Origin: Zygnema circumcarinatum SAG 698-1b
Taxonomy: Eukaryota; Plantae; Zygnematophyceae
Direction of reading: 5' to 3'
NCBI GenBank assembly: GCA_037447605.1
Contig: CM074804.1
Span: forward strand, 3,387,909 to 3,451,908
Length of the DNA: 64,000 nt
Positions 1 through 12,112 of this stretch are shown here, piece after piece. Made by a program: the position numbers and the translations under genes. Position 1 is the stretch's first letter, and each line of letters begins with the position of its first letter. The notes beneath the pieces were generated by a model, which worked only from the letters and a program-made list of their open reading frames with translations, did not search any database and was not told the DNA's origin.

Positions 1-836
1 TGCCCCCGCATGAGCAGAGCAGGCAGGGGAAGAGGGCGGCTTTGGGAGGCTTCATCGCATATCGTCGAAGCCCATTATCCACATTTCGGTATTATCGTAA
101 CGGGAATATTCGATTCAGAGAAACAGGTATGAAGGGAACGGAGGGGAAGCAAGCTCCCACTATCTGAAATCAGAAACGTAAACGAAAGTAGAAGTGGTTC
201 AAACATTTACCTTAGGTCCTCTTTCCTTTTGTGCTTAGGTCCTTTGCGACCAGTTCTTTGTGGTTCCCCATGATGCTGATTTTGTCCATGTACATTTGAT
301 GGCATCATCGCTATCGTGAGGTCAATGCCACATCATTTCTCTTTACCTTAGTATTGGTGAGTTATTGAATGGAGTAGATGAAGTGATGCACAAGAGGTTC
401 TCGTACGCTTATATACTTGAATTTGTCTCAATTTTACGATTGCCGGGGAACGGTACCATAGTCTTGCCACAAACATCAGAAAGGAAACAATCAAATGAAT
501 CGCTGATAGTACCAAGTTTTGATCAACCAAAGGAAAGCCACCTCTATGGCATCGACACATTCAAAGGTTAAAAACGTCTACAAATAAAACCTGAGCACCT
601 CATGAAGCTCCTTTGGTATGAATCCAAGCGGCAAGAGGACGCCTTTCATTCTGAGACTTTCAGGTGTATAAAACGAGTGACCACTCCTACAACATGGAGC
701 GGCTCCTTATAACTGTTCGCTAATGGGAATTGAATGTCAAACATGCTCTGCATCTTGTGCTCACAACATTCCGCTGTACTTCGCCTAACCCATGCTCCAT
801 ACTGAATCATATAACTAAAGAACAATGAACTCAATG

Positions 837-3312
837 CTATGAATCAGATGCACCCCTGTTTTGTACCAAATGCAGAGCTTCCCACTCCTGTCCCGGCTGC
901 AGCGTTACTCCCTCTCTCGCGACACTTGAAGTCAAGCAGACAACGCGATCCCGTGCCATCAAGTTGCTCTCGGCCCCCCAGACATTCACTACCAGATCTT
1001 CAAAACCTCGGCGATCCACCTGAAACGCCCTCCGCTTTCCCTGCAGAAATCACGTGCAGCAAAATGCGCTCTAGTAAGGTAATGTTTGTCCCAAAAGTAG
1101 CTCTTACAAGACTGAGAACTCTGGCAGTTCTTCCACAGATAAACAAATCCAGAAAGCTCCCTCCATAAAATCACCGACATGAGGAACTAGTCCGCGTTTG
1201 AAATATATTTTATATGTGCAGCTGCAACTTCATGTGTTGAATCCCAAAAAAAGATTCAGACCTTTGTAAAATTACTACTCCAGAAACAGCCAAGAAGTAG
1301 CAGGATTAGTTGTTCAGGAGAGGAGTTCGGAAAGAGAAGCAAAAGCTGTCAATACAGAGCAACACAAACTCAGGACCTTCAACCTTGCCATTAGCTCTGC
1401 TCTGAGGCAGATGAAACTTGTAACCCTTCAAGTGCCTGTCCGTTAGTCAGTGCCACCTAAGTAGAGAAAATGAAGTCCTTGATCCCCACAAGAAAGGTGA
1501 AGAAGCTGACTTCACTCAGAAATCGAAACATTTAGTTGACGTACTCCCAAAAAATTCTGTCAAGGTGCGAATCACTATGGAGAACGATGCAGCTTTCAAC
1601 CGCATTGTAATAAATATTACTTCTAACTGAAATGCGCTTGACGAAGCTTACCCGATCCAACAAGGTCACAGCTAAAGGAGCAGCGTTGTAAAGCCGCTCC
1701 ACGGGGGCGGTCAACCGTGCATACTCCTCTCCATGACGCATAGACTCACTAGACCATCGAGTGCTTGTTGATACTTTCTCGAAATCAGCAAAGGTCGCAT
1801 TTGAGCGTTCAAAGCTCCTCCCCTCTGGTATTGTTTTATCACTAACTTCCTTCGAAGAAGCTTCCGCTTTTTCGACAATCCGCTTGGTAGAAACTGTCCG
1901 CTTATCTACCTCTTCATTCTTGCCAGCTTGAGTTCTCCAGCCCAGGGAATCCCACCAAGCTCCTCCTCCAACAATCTTCTGAACTGATGCTTCTCGAGGT
2001 CCGACAAAATAGTTTGAGTCTACCAGACCAGCCAGGTACGACCCGTCCGCCGAATTCACAGAAATGTGAGATGCGCAAGCTGCCATAAAGGAACGAGTTT
2101 CGCTAGAGACATTCTTCACTGTTAAAACCATCCCCAACGAAGTTTGACTAAGTACCACAGTAATGCGGCAAGAAAGACCACAGCTCATCCATGAAGGTCT
2201 AATCGAAGCACCTTCCACCTCTTCCAAAACCACCTGAAACGAAAAAACAACAAACACAGTCAGAATCACCAAGGAAGGATGCTGACATTAAATTAATGAC
2301 CATGAGCTTCAATAAAGGTTGGCTGGCCGGCCGCCAATGCTAGGCTGATGCCTTGAAACCTACATTGCAATAAGTGGTTAATATTTTGCCGTTGCAGAAC
2401 TCCCAGAAATCGACGGTCAAACGTTTTTCCTTCGCCTTGAAAAAACTTTGAGCAAAATATTGCTAAAAGATCGTAGACCTCCCGTGCTTCTTGCCTCTGA
2501 GAAGCTCCAGACGGTTGCATCTCTATCGGACAGCATTACTATGCCTTCCAGCGACGACTACTTGAAGCTTTTGAGCAAAAAATGCCCATGCCACCCACCT
2601 GAACCCATTGTTGCGGATCGCTGCTTGCCTCTACTACCCTCCACTTGGGATTGCATGAAGCAGGCTCATCCTCAACACTTTGGAAAACCGGCACCACTCC
2701 TCCAGCGAGGCGAGCTCCCCCCATTCCCGAGTCATTTGCAGCGGCAAAGAGCGCCTCCTCAACGCCTCCATGCCACATTTTAGGCCTAAAAGAGGTAATT
2801 CGAGCCTCATCGACCAACAGCTTCGCATTTGAGCCATTTCCCAGACTAAGCTGAGCCACCACTAAACCTGAAGTACAAACAAAGTTCAAGAAGTCGCTGC
2901 CAAATCTTTCCTGCAAGCGCCGAGCTTCAGCAACTTCAGAATCTTCTTCTGCATCATCCCAATTAGCGGCCTCATTCTGCTTTGCATTGCTTCCTGCTCC
3001 ACCTTCAACTGGCGAGTAGTCGTCCACCACCGCAGAAGATAATGCCTTCGCCCTAGTGAATCTCCGTGCAATATTCTCTTTCTCTAGAAAGTCCCCTGCC
3101 CTTACAAAGCTACAAGAAACCTTTCTCCTGCCCGCCCCTTGAATACAAGCCGCTCCCTCTCTCCCCGACCTCCCTCTCCCGCCAAACAATGCGACATCCT
3201 GTAAAAAAATAGCACTCCCCTCCCCCTCTCCTGCAATTCCCACACCTACACCACTGCAAGCCAAGGCTAAAGCTGCCCGCACACATGCAGAACCTCCCCA
3301 TACAGCAGCCAT
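837..3312 (-). CDS. NDF5: NDF5/PnsB2-family plastid NDH assembly factor (aldose-1-epimerase-like fold); exons about 3312-2599, 2233-1652, 1040-837
   Basis: Spliced translation gives LSLGNGSNAKLLVDEARITSFRPKMWHGGVEEALF, WRVVEASSDPQQWVQ|VVLE, YARLTAPVERLYNAAPLAVTLLDR|GKRRAFQVDRRGFEDL and VTLQPGQEWEALHLVQN, matching recalled NDF5/PnsB2 motifs. Both GT-AG introns are phase 0. The N-terminus resembles a transit peptide. Confidence 0.8.
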
Positions 3313-3852
3313 GGCGGTAGGCCCAGGATTAGGATTCCGCTCCCCCTTCCCCCGCACAGTTCTCCCACCATGCCGTGTGTCCTGAACACGGAACCCCTTT
3401 CGGATCGGACGGCGGACGGCGACCAACTTCCGATCGGACGGCAGGCTGAGCAGCTACATAGAGATCGCGTCGTTTCAAGTCATCTTCTGCAGTGAGAGGC
3501 GCCGAGCTCCATCAAGCTCCAGCCATGGCGGCCTTGCGCCAGCTTAGCTTGATGGCAAGGGCAAGGAAGCGACCTCCGCCGCCTTCCCCTTTGTCTTCGT
3601 GGCTCCACCTGCCCCGACATCGTGCACTTTGTGCACTCCAACATGGCGAAGAACAAGTTTGCTGGAATCACACGGTTGCATACTTAGTGTTTTGGTATGA
3701 ATTTCAGAAATACCGAACAGAAGTTGAATTCGTACGCAGCAGAAAAACCATCAATTGAGACTTTTTGTTTGCCGCGGCTGGGCAAGAAGCTCAACGGAAG
3801 TGGCCAGACCGGGCAAAGCAAGCCATGCGTTTAAGCCATGGTCATGGCGCAC

Positions 3853-4260
3853 CTCCAAAGCCTTCTTGAACGAGGCCAGCGTGTTCTCTGGTAGCAGAGG
3901 CCGCGCTCCTCTGTGTCCGCAGCATGCAAGCCGTGCAGGCTGAGAAGGCTGCGAGAAGCAGCACCTTCCACCTCCATTGGTGCTGCTATCTCTCTCCTTC
4001 CAGGACGAGGACTGCGGCCGAGAATCTGAAACTTTTAGGGTATCGCTTGCAGCGAGCTGCTGGTCAGCCAGAACGCTGCAAAAAGAGCCGAGACGAGCAG
4101 CGCTGCAAGAGGCAGCCATGGCTGCCGCTCGGACGAGCTTCTTAGCCATGCGAGGCGAAACTGAAAGGGTGGGAGGAGGGAGAAAGGTCCTCCACCAGCC
4201 ATTCTGTGACTGACAAGGGTTTGAGGAAAACTTTTGCAAACTTTTCTCCACCTCTTGCAT
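3853..4260 (-). pseudogene. Isolated first exon of a glycerophosphodiester phosphodiesterase (GDPD); no downstream GDPD exons recognised
   Basis: The ORF ends in GHRGARPLLPENTLASFKKALE followed by a GT donor (GAG|GTGCGC at 3853/3852). This is the GDPD N-terminal HRG..PENT motif. No E.DV..T.DG...V.HD continuation was found before the NDF5 start. Confidence 0.55.
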
Positions 4261-5036
4261 CTTTTTGCTTTAGACACCACGGCGAGTTAGCGGTCTGGGA
4301 GATCAATACCGCATCTCTTTCATGCAGACCTTTTCTATGAGAATAATGAGAGTTTGAGGCTGTTCCGGCAGGCCCTTCTCGGACAGGCAGAGGAACTAGC
4401 CTGCCGGAACAACGGCCCAGAGAACCCGCTCACAGCACCGTGTAGCATTCCAGTTTTGATGAAACCGCAGCACTGCTCTGTTCTGCTCGACCTCAGTCTT
4501 TGGACTCCAGATAAGTAAGAAACACAAAGATACGCCGATGCCACATGCCGGCTTGTGATACCCAGAATTTCATTTTGTTTGAAAGTAAGTGTTAACAAAA
4601 GCAGATTCAACTGCGACGATACCTGCAAAGAGACTAGGGTTTGAATTGCATAGAAGCAGCAATCAGAATCTGCCAAAAAATTTGCTGCCAATCAGAGGCA
4701 GCACTTTTCAGCAAATCGAACTGCTCCTATTTCTATTGACCCTTCACAATCGAACACGCCAAGTGAGGTGCGTGAGTGAATGACATCGCTCTGAACGAGG
4801 TGCCGCGAGCACCCCCCATTGCTTGTTGACCACGTCCTACCAATTGAAACACGTCTCTGGACCTGCAGATCTGGGGCTCTTCATCAACGAATAACTGTAA
4901 TCTCCAGGGGTTTCCCGCTTTCCAGTTTCCCGCTGCCACAGTTATCTGAACTTCCTGAGAGTCAGACCCTTCGCAGGGTTCCCTTGTGCCCCTCCTATCG
5001 CGTCCAGCAGCCGAAGCAACACCCTTAGTCGAATGC

Positions 5037-8000
5037 TCAGAAGCGGCGCATCTCCTTGGGAGGGCGGAAAGGGATCCCAGGATGGCTCTGAGGAGTTGCG
5101 TTTTCCTCCTCCTTCCACATCTTGATGGTCTTGTCCGCCTCACAGGTGACGAGCCGCGTTCCTGTGACGTCGAATGAAAGGGCATATATGCCTGCTTCAC
5201 TGTCCAGCGAACCTGCACATGCATTCAACCTCTCGCATCATGCGAGTTAGAGCTTCTTCCACCTCCCACGCAAGAAATTACTGACGGTCCGTAATTGCTT
5301 TCCATATAGTCGCGACATTAGGAAACAGCGATTAAACGAGGGTGACCTTAATGTATGCCAAGATCCACTACAGCAAGCAGTCAACATAAGAAGCAAAAGA
5401 GAAAGCACTTCTCTCACCAGGTTGAACAACTGTTTGTGACTGCTGGAAGTTGTGTCCGCTCTTCCAGTCCCAAAACCACAAGCTGCCATTGTCCCCTGCA
5501 ACAGTGCAATTGCAACCACAGTCCATTCCCCTAGATTAATCGAGAATGTAATATCTTAAAGATAAGAATCTCACAATTACTCGAGCAAAGAATCGCAATG
5601 TCTGAGGGAGTAAGTGCTAGCCATGAGCAGAAATCTCAACCTTGAATGTCTAACGGCAAAGGAGCGAGCTGGAACTCTGTTGTTCCTATTAACGGCAAGC
5701 CTCACTAGCTGAGCCTACCTCCAGAGACGAGCACGTTATCCTCGTTGATCGCCATGGAGTTCACGATCGTGCGTTGCTGCGACCTGCGCAAGAGACAAAA
5801 AAAAAAAGCCATAAGCCATAGCTTGCTGTCTCGTGCACTCATGTGGAGGCAGTTGCAGGTCGTACCTCAATATTGGACCCTACAGGCGAAGCTTATCACT
5901 TACAAGAAAAGAATAGGATTGGACATGGAACACACAAGATATAAACAGCTTCAAACACGCTGCACACTCACACGCTACCCATGGACCAGTGAGAATAATC
6001 AATCGGACAAACGGGTTTTAAGCCAATTGTCATAACCAAGCAGGCAGAATGGAGCCCGGCAGTAGGGAAGGGAGGTCAGTGCGCTCACAGCATGTTATGA
6101 AGGAACTCCCCTCTGGGAAGGCGGAACTTCTTCATGTTGTCTGCGGATGCTGAAGCAAATGTGTGCCTGGCAACCTCAAAGAGCGCCAATCAGCTTTCCC
6201 AGAAACGAGCTTGCTGCTATTAACGCACTAGTCACTCAGGAAACAGTACGGCGCAGCCATCAGCCAACACACAACGAACAAGAGCATGTTCCACGACGAC
6301 CTCTGAGATAAGCGATTGCTAAGATGAAAGCCCCATCTTTCAAGTACGGAGGGTTCGTAGATTCGGGAAAAGAACTCACTCGAAGGGATGCATTGCTAAT
6401 GCGCGCACCGACTTTTTGTGGAAGGTTAAGGTTGACATTGACTTCCCTACATTTGCCAAACTCCTCTCCCTTCCAGCCCCAGTCAGAAGCGGTAGACATA
6501 ATGAAACAAATTCCACAGGAATGCAATGAATGAATGGAATGTATAGTGATTCAAACAGCTTTTTTTTTTAGAAAAAGAACATGACAAGCACCCGGGCAGT
6601 GAGCTATCGAGGAAAAAGAAGAAAAGCAAAAGGACCCAGAATTTCTTGAACCCAACATAGGACCGAACAGTGACCGGCCCAAGTTTGACTGCCCACTTGC
6701 GCTTTTCAGCCAAGCAATCACACGTGCCGGCCCGTACCGTACCTGCCGCAAGGTCCCACAGCTTGACGGTGGTATCGTGGGAGCCTGTGACCACCTGCGG
6801 GTCCTGTTAACAGGCAGTCCATTGACCAGCCATCGCCTGCAAAGTGGTTAACCGGATGCGCATAGAAAGCGCGTGACCATTGAGAGAGCGAGAAATGGCT
6901 GACTCACACTTCCATGCAGGTGTACTCCGCACCACTACACGAAACAGATAACGGATTCCTTTGGTGCACTTAACTGAGGTTCGTTTTCCCTTTAGCAATT
7001 GTATGTCTCAACAGATCGAACTCCCACATAGACATCCGACTGTCTCGTATGAAAGGAAACCCATAGCTTCCACTTACAGTAGCCTGTGTGAGGACGGAGC
7101 AGACAGTGTTCTCGTGGCCCGACAGAGCAAAGACCTGCGCTTTTGTGCGCATGTCCCATACCTGCACATTCCCTCCCACGTCGAAATAAGAACGAGAACA
7201 CACGACTACGTCCAAAGTTTTTTCTCCATCAAACTAGAGGACTTAGGAACAACAAGCCACCATGATAGAGACATCTTCAGAACTCTCCAATTCTCGCAAA
7301 AGCGGTCTTACTAATGGGCAAGAGGGGCAAGAATCGAACCCTGCATACGGAGTCGCGGCCACCTGTCATGATGACGTCCAGCGAGGGATGCAAAGTAAGG
7401 CAGTAAACTCCACTAAGGTGTCCGTGATAGGACCGAATCACCTGCAAGGTCACAACACATTCAAACAACAAGAGAAAATTTCAACAACTGCGAACAACTG
7501 AAAACGTTTCGAGACACAACCTGTCGGTGTGTACAAGCTGCCTTCCCAAACATGACTAAAGAAGTGACCAAATTCTGTCAGGAAAGGAGGAGGAAAGGGG
7601 GGAATGAGGCTGCACAAACGGAAGAACTCAGGAGCGACACAAAGCTATGGAATTGTTGTCAGGGTGAACTATAACTCTTAAACCTTTGGGACTTGATGAC
7701 CACTGTCGTATAAAGAAAGGCGTTTCTAATTAAATGATGTACACGCAATGGAAAAACTCAACGACATACGGCGGACTAGGGATAATTGCAGATTTAGGAC
7801 GGGCCGTCCGATTGAGGAAATTTGCACTAAGGATGTTTTCGAGGGTGAGTTTAATGATAACGAAACAAGGTTTTGCAATGCTTAGAACGATCCATCAACT
7901 TCTGAAAGACACTACTTCTCTGCGATAAAACACTGGACAACCACTGTAGTGGCAGTAGCTACTGCTGTGCAGGGAAACTTTCACGCCTTTTATGCGCAGG

Positions 8001-11000
8001 AATGAAGTAAAGATGAATGAGAAAAAATATCGGAATTCAGTCGGACACAGAAAGCCCACCTTGTTATACTCAAGGTCCCAGCACTTGACTTGCTTGTCAT
8101 CCCCAGCCGAAAACATGTACGGATGTCTCGGACTCACAGCCAATCCTGCATCATGCAATCCAAGTTTTCAAATCAACTACGAGCAGCCATGCTAACAGAA
8201 CGACCTAATCACATGCATAGCACCTTCACAAGGCATCCTGTAAGCCTCCCTCACCTCGAACCTGTTCAATGTGACCAGTCAGCGTCAGCTTCAGTTTGCC
8301 CGTTGCAACTTCCCAGATCTGGCACACAGTCATCAGACACATACCTCATCAATGATTGCATTAAAGAATGACAACAACAGCAATGAAGTGCATCCCTCGG
8401 TGAGAGTCAACTTGTGAGCACAAATAGAGTACAATCACCACTTGAACGACTCACAAGGCCATAGTATCTGGCACAGCAGAAAGAGGTCAATTGTGGTGCT
8501 TAGCGCGGCACTCAAAACTATTGGCTTGCAGGACAAACCAGAGCACGGGAGCTGGGTGTACAAAGGTTCTGTTTAAGACACCTTTATTGTACGATCCGCA
8601 GAGCCGGTGCAAAACCACTCGTTGCCGGGGTCAAACGCTATGGAGCGCACCCAACCCATATGTCCGCTTATGACCTGCAGATAGCAAGATCACATTCATC
8701 AATGGCAGCTTCAAACAAGAAAATGGACCCATGAAGTTCTGTGACAGAAGTTTCAAAGATCAGCATCGCCAAAATTTTATCGAGGCAAAACTCCTAAAGG
8801 AGAGCCAAGGTCAAGCACTCCTAGGACAGGTCAATAATGGATAAGTTCTAATGGTGAAAGAATGGCACAGATTTAAAATGCTGGTTAAAATCCTGGTACG
8901 ACGGGCCAAATATCACTACTTTCATTGCATGGAGCCCGACAACTGCAGCAACATTGGTTGGACCTATGCTCAGACATGTTATTGAAAATCAAAACAAAAT
9001 ACTACTCTCATCAGCCATACAATAACGGGGCACATACAATAACCAAAACGTATCATGAAGAAGTACAAGCTACATCTCAGAAGTCATACAGATCCCTAAT
9101 ACATATCCAACCAGGGACTTGCAGACTCCATCGGCAAAAATATTTGCCGACATCAGTTTTGTGTTTTCATGCTGATAGGGTGCTCAGCGCCGTCTATAAA
9201 TATAGAAGTAATTTCTTAAAAGTCTTATTATGCACATACTAAAGAAAACGTTTATTCTTCCTACAAAAACCCTAGAAAAGGAGATGTTCATCACCTAACA
9301 AAGGTCAAAGTCAGATCAAGGAAACAGCACAAAAACTATGAGGCGTACTACTCGAGAATTGGAGCTCTTGATCATTTCAGTGGTGAACCACCGTGCAATC
9401 TGACTTCTGAGAGACTGTCCTTCGGCTGGACTTAATCTCGGTTACCTTTGGGACTGTTGCCCCTTAGTTTCCTGAATCAGTGCTTCTGTCCCCGCTTTTT
9501 CTCTCCTTGACATGCATGGCTTTGTAAGTTCTGAACTATGAGAAACGATGGCTTGTTCACTTGCACATACGTTTAAACATCTACAGCATAGGAAGGTTGT
9601 GGTAAGGGCAGGAAAAAATGATGTAGAAACCAGATTCATTTGGAATGCAATATTTGTTAAGTTCATTTAAGAAACGAGTGTGCATTTAGGATGGCGGATG
9701 AAACAGGCAAGGTTTATACCCGATAATTCTTCCATGGAGGATGCCAGGCGGGTTTCGGCCATTTACTGGGCAACCGCTTCATAACTGCGGCACTTGGCTG
9801 ATATCTGTAGGCCCCACACAAATACAAAAAGTGTGAACTGACTGGCGACTGCCTACTGGTACCCATTGCAAGAGGTCACGAAAACTTTGTGCTTGACATC
9901 ATCCTTACGTGATGGGCCAGAGTTCATGTAATAAGTCAGATCAATGCTGCAAAGGACCTCACCTTTCAGGTAAGCCAGCCAATGCTTTGGAGTCAGCTAC
10001 TCTAGGAGCGGTTGTAGGACCTTGAAGAGTACTGTAATCCCCAAAAGAAGAAGAAGTTTCGAATTAATACATAACTCTAGCCATGCTTATGGTACTCCCT
10101 CCCCCCTTGCCCCCCTTCTTGGTTCAGCCCAAGAACTGATGGGTTTTGCATAATGTGTTGCCGTGAGAGTGCTCGTTCTGATAGTAAGAAATACGCGCTG
10201 ATTTGAGAAAGCCAAAACAACTGTCCAACAATGAGCTTTCCAGATGATACTCCAGCGCACATGTCCAGCAGGGAAGCTCACTCTTCTTAAACCTCACCTG
10301 GTTGCTTCAGGAGGCTTTACAACAATTTGCAGCGCTCTAGAGTCTCCTGCTGGGCGAGCACCATTGGCATCCAAAGAAATGCCTGGCCCCATGTTTGTCC
10401 AAGCCAAGGACAACAAAGTAAGACATTAAACGTCACTCAAAGGGAGCACAAATGCGAAATCAGGCCAGGCATAGTGACCGACAAAGGGAATTCATACGGC
10501 GTGACGAATCTGCTGAGTTGCCAACACTAGTTTGCTGATGCCTCATTGCGATAGTTTCGGTTCTCACTGCCTTCATGTCTCCGACGAAGTGCTGCCTGGG
10601 ATATGCATTGCACAATAAGACCCAGTTTGACCGAAAGAAGTAAACGGTCATCGTCAAAGCGGGATGCGGCCTCACCAGGTGCACTTGGATGAGGGTGTAC
10701 TCCAGCCACTATAGGCGGTAAAGCTCTCTCTGCCGAAGTTAAACTAGGAGCACCATCGCCTCTGCTATTAGCGAAGGCTCCACCATCCTTCGCTGGAACA
10801 GAAGGGAGCGGTAAGTCCTTCGCGATCTTATATTCATCACGAACCTGTTGTACAAGATAAAATGTGCGTTAAATATTCTGGCAGATGATCATGTAAAAGA
10901 ACCTTGAGTTTTCAAGGTTGTAGGGTAAATTGAATGCACATCGCGGTAAGCAACTAAAGGGCTCCAGGTTTCAAGCACGATTACATGACCTCTGCGAGCT

Positions 11001-11458
11001 TCAAATCTGCAAACGATAGCGAATGGAAGGAGCTTGGTGCTTGGTGCTAGTCTGTAAATTGTGCAAAAATAAAGCTCACCTTTAAAGACCTTCTTAAAGC
11101 TTTGCTGCAGTGCAAGAACAAGGCCCGGTCCATTCCCCAGGCTACAGCCTCCATCAGAAGGAATCCTTACATACCCATTCCACGCACGTCCTTCCTCTTT
11201 CAGAATAACTCTAACTCTTTGAGGCAAAATACACATAGCCATCGTCGCCGCCTCGTCCAACAAACCGCCCTTGCCATCCTTCTCACAAAGGGCGTCAAGT
11301 GCATCCTTTGCATACCTTGACGGGTCAGGACGGAACCGCTCCCCTCTGTTAGAATTGAATAGCTCGTAAGTGCGCTTGAGAGACCTCAGAGTCAACTTCC
11401 GCAAAGACTGCAACTCCACGGGAAACTCCCCAGTATCCGCCGCCATGGTGGAAGGCAT
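5037..11458 (-). CDS. PRL1: Pleiotropic regulatory locus 1 (PLRG1/Prp46 WD40 spliceosome NTC subunit), multi-exon
   Basis: N-terminus [20 protein letters not shown] exons include [57 protein letters not shown] and [18 protein letters not shown]-terminus [11 protein letters not shown]...[22 protein letters not shown]...RRF*. Confidence 0.95.
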
Positions 11459-11660
11459 TCCCTGCCCTTCCCCTCCGCCTCACCTCCCGAAGCCACCCGC
11501 TTCAAACTCTGCATCCCATATCAGCCACGCCTCCTGCAAGTGCAGGAAAGGCGGAGCCGGTGCTCGGAAAAGACGAGCAAGCTGCGTGCGGAAGGCGGAG
11601 GAACGGCGGGAGAGCGAAGCGCCTCGAAAAGGAAGTCCGTGCTCTGCGCTGCGTAACTTC

Positions 11661-11702
11661 TAGGGTTAGGGTTTGGGGCGCGTGAAGCTTTTTAGGGTTA
11701 GG
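11661..11702 (-). promoter_or_regulatory. Telo-box-like motifs in the PRL1/ATG4 divergent promoter
   Basis: TAGGGTTAGGGTTT at 11661-11674 and TTTAGGGTTAGG at 11691-11702 read as AAACCCTA-type motifs on the PRL1 strand, about 200 bp upstream of its start. Confidence 0.5.
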
Positions 11703-12112
11703 CGAAAGGCGCTGAGGTGGGCATGGGAGGTTGTTCTCCTCCGCAGGAGGAGAAAAGAGAGAGCAGGTCGGAAGGGGGGCCGCGTGGAGGGGCGGCTGCG
11801 CTGCACGCAGCGGTAACGCATGTGCTCTACGCGCTCCGCATGAGGCAATTCCGGGATCTCTTTTCCAGGTATTTCTGCATGCCCTTGTTCTGTTGGCAGG
11901 AAGAAAGAAGGCGGATCTAGCCGTTTTCAAGTGAATAGCATCAATTGTGAAGGCTTCTACTCGTTCTGTTTACTGGCAGAGTTGGATTGGGCTTAGATCG
12001 AGTCTCAGAAGGATGGCATTCTTGGTGAAAGTTGAAGTCTAGGTGAAGTTTGGGATGAACCTCAACTTGTTTGGTTCAATTATGAGCCCGCTGTACCGCT
12101 GCAACGTGAAGG

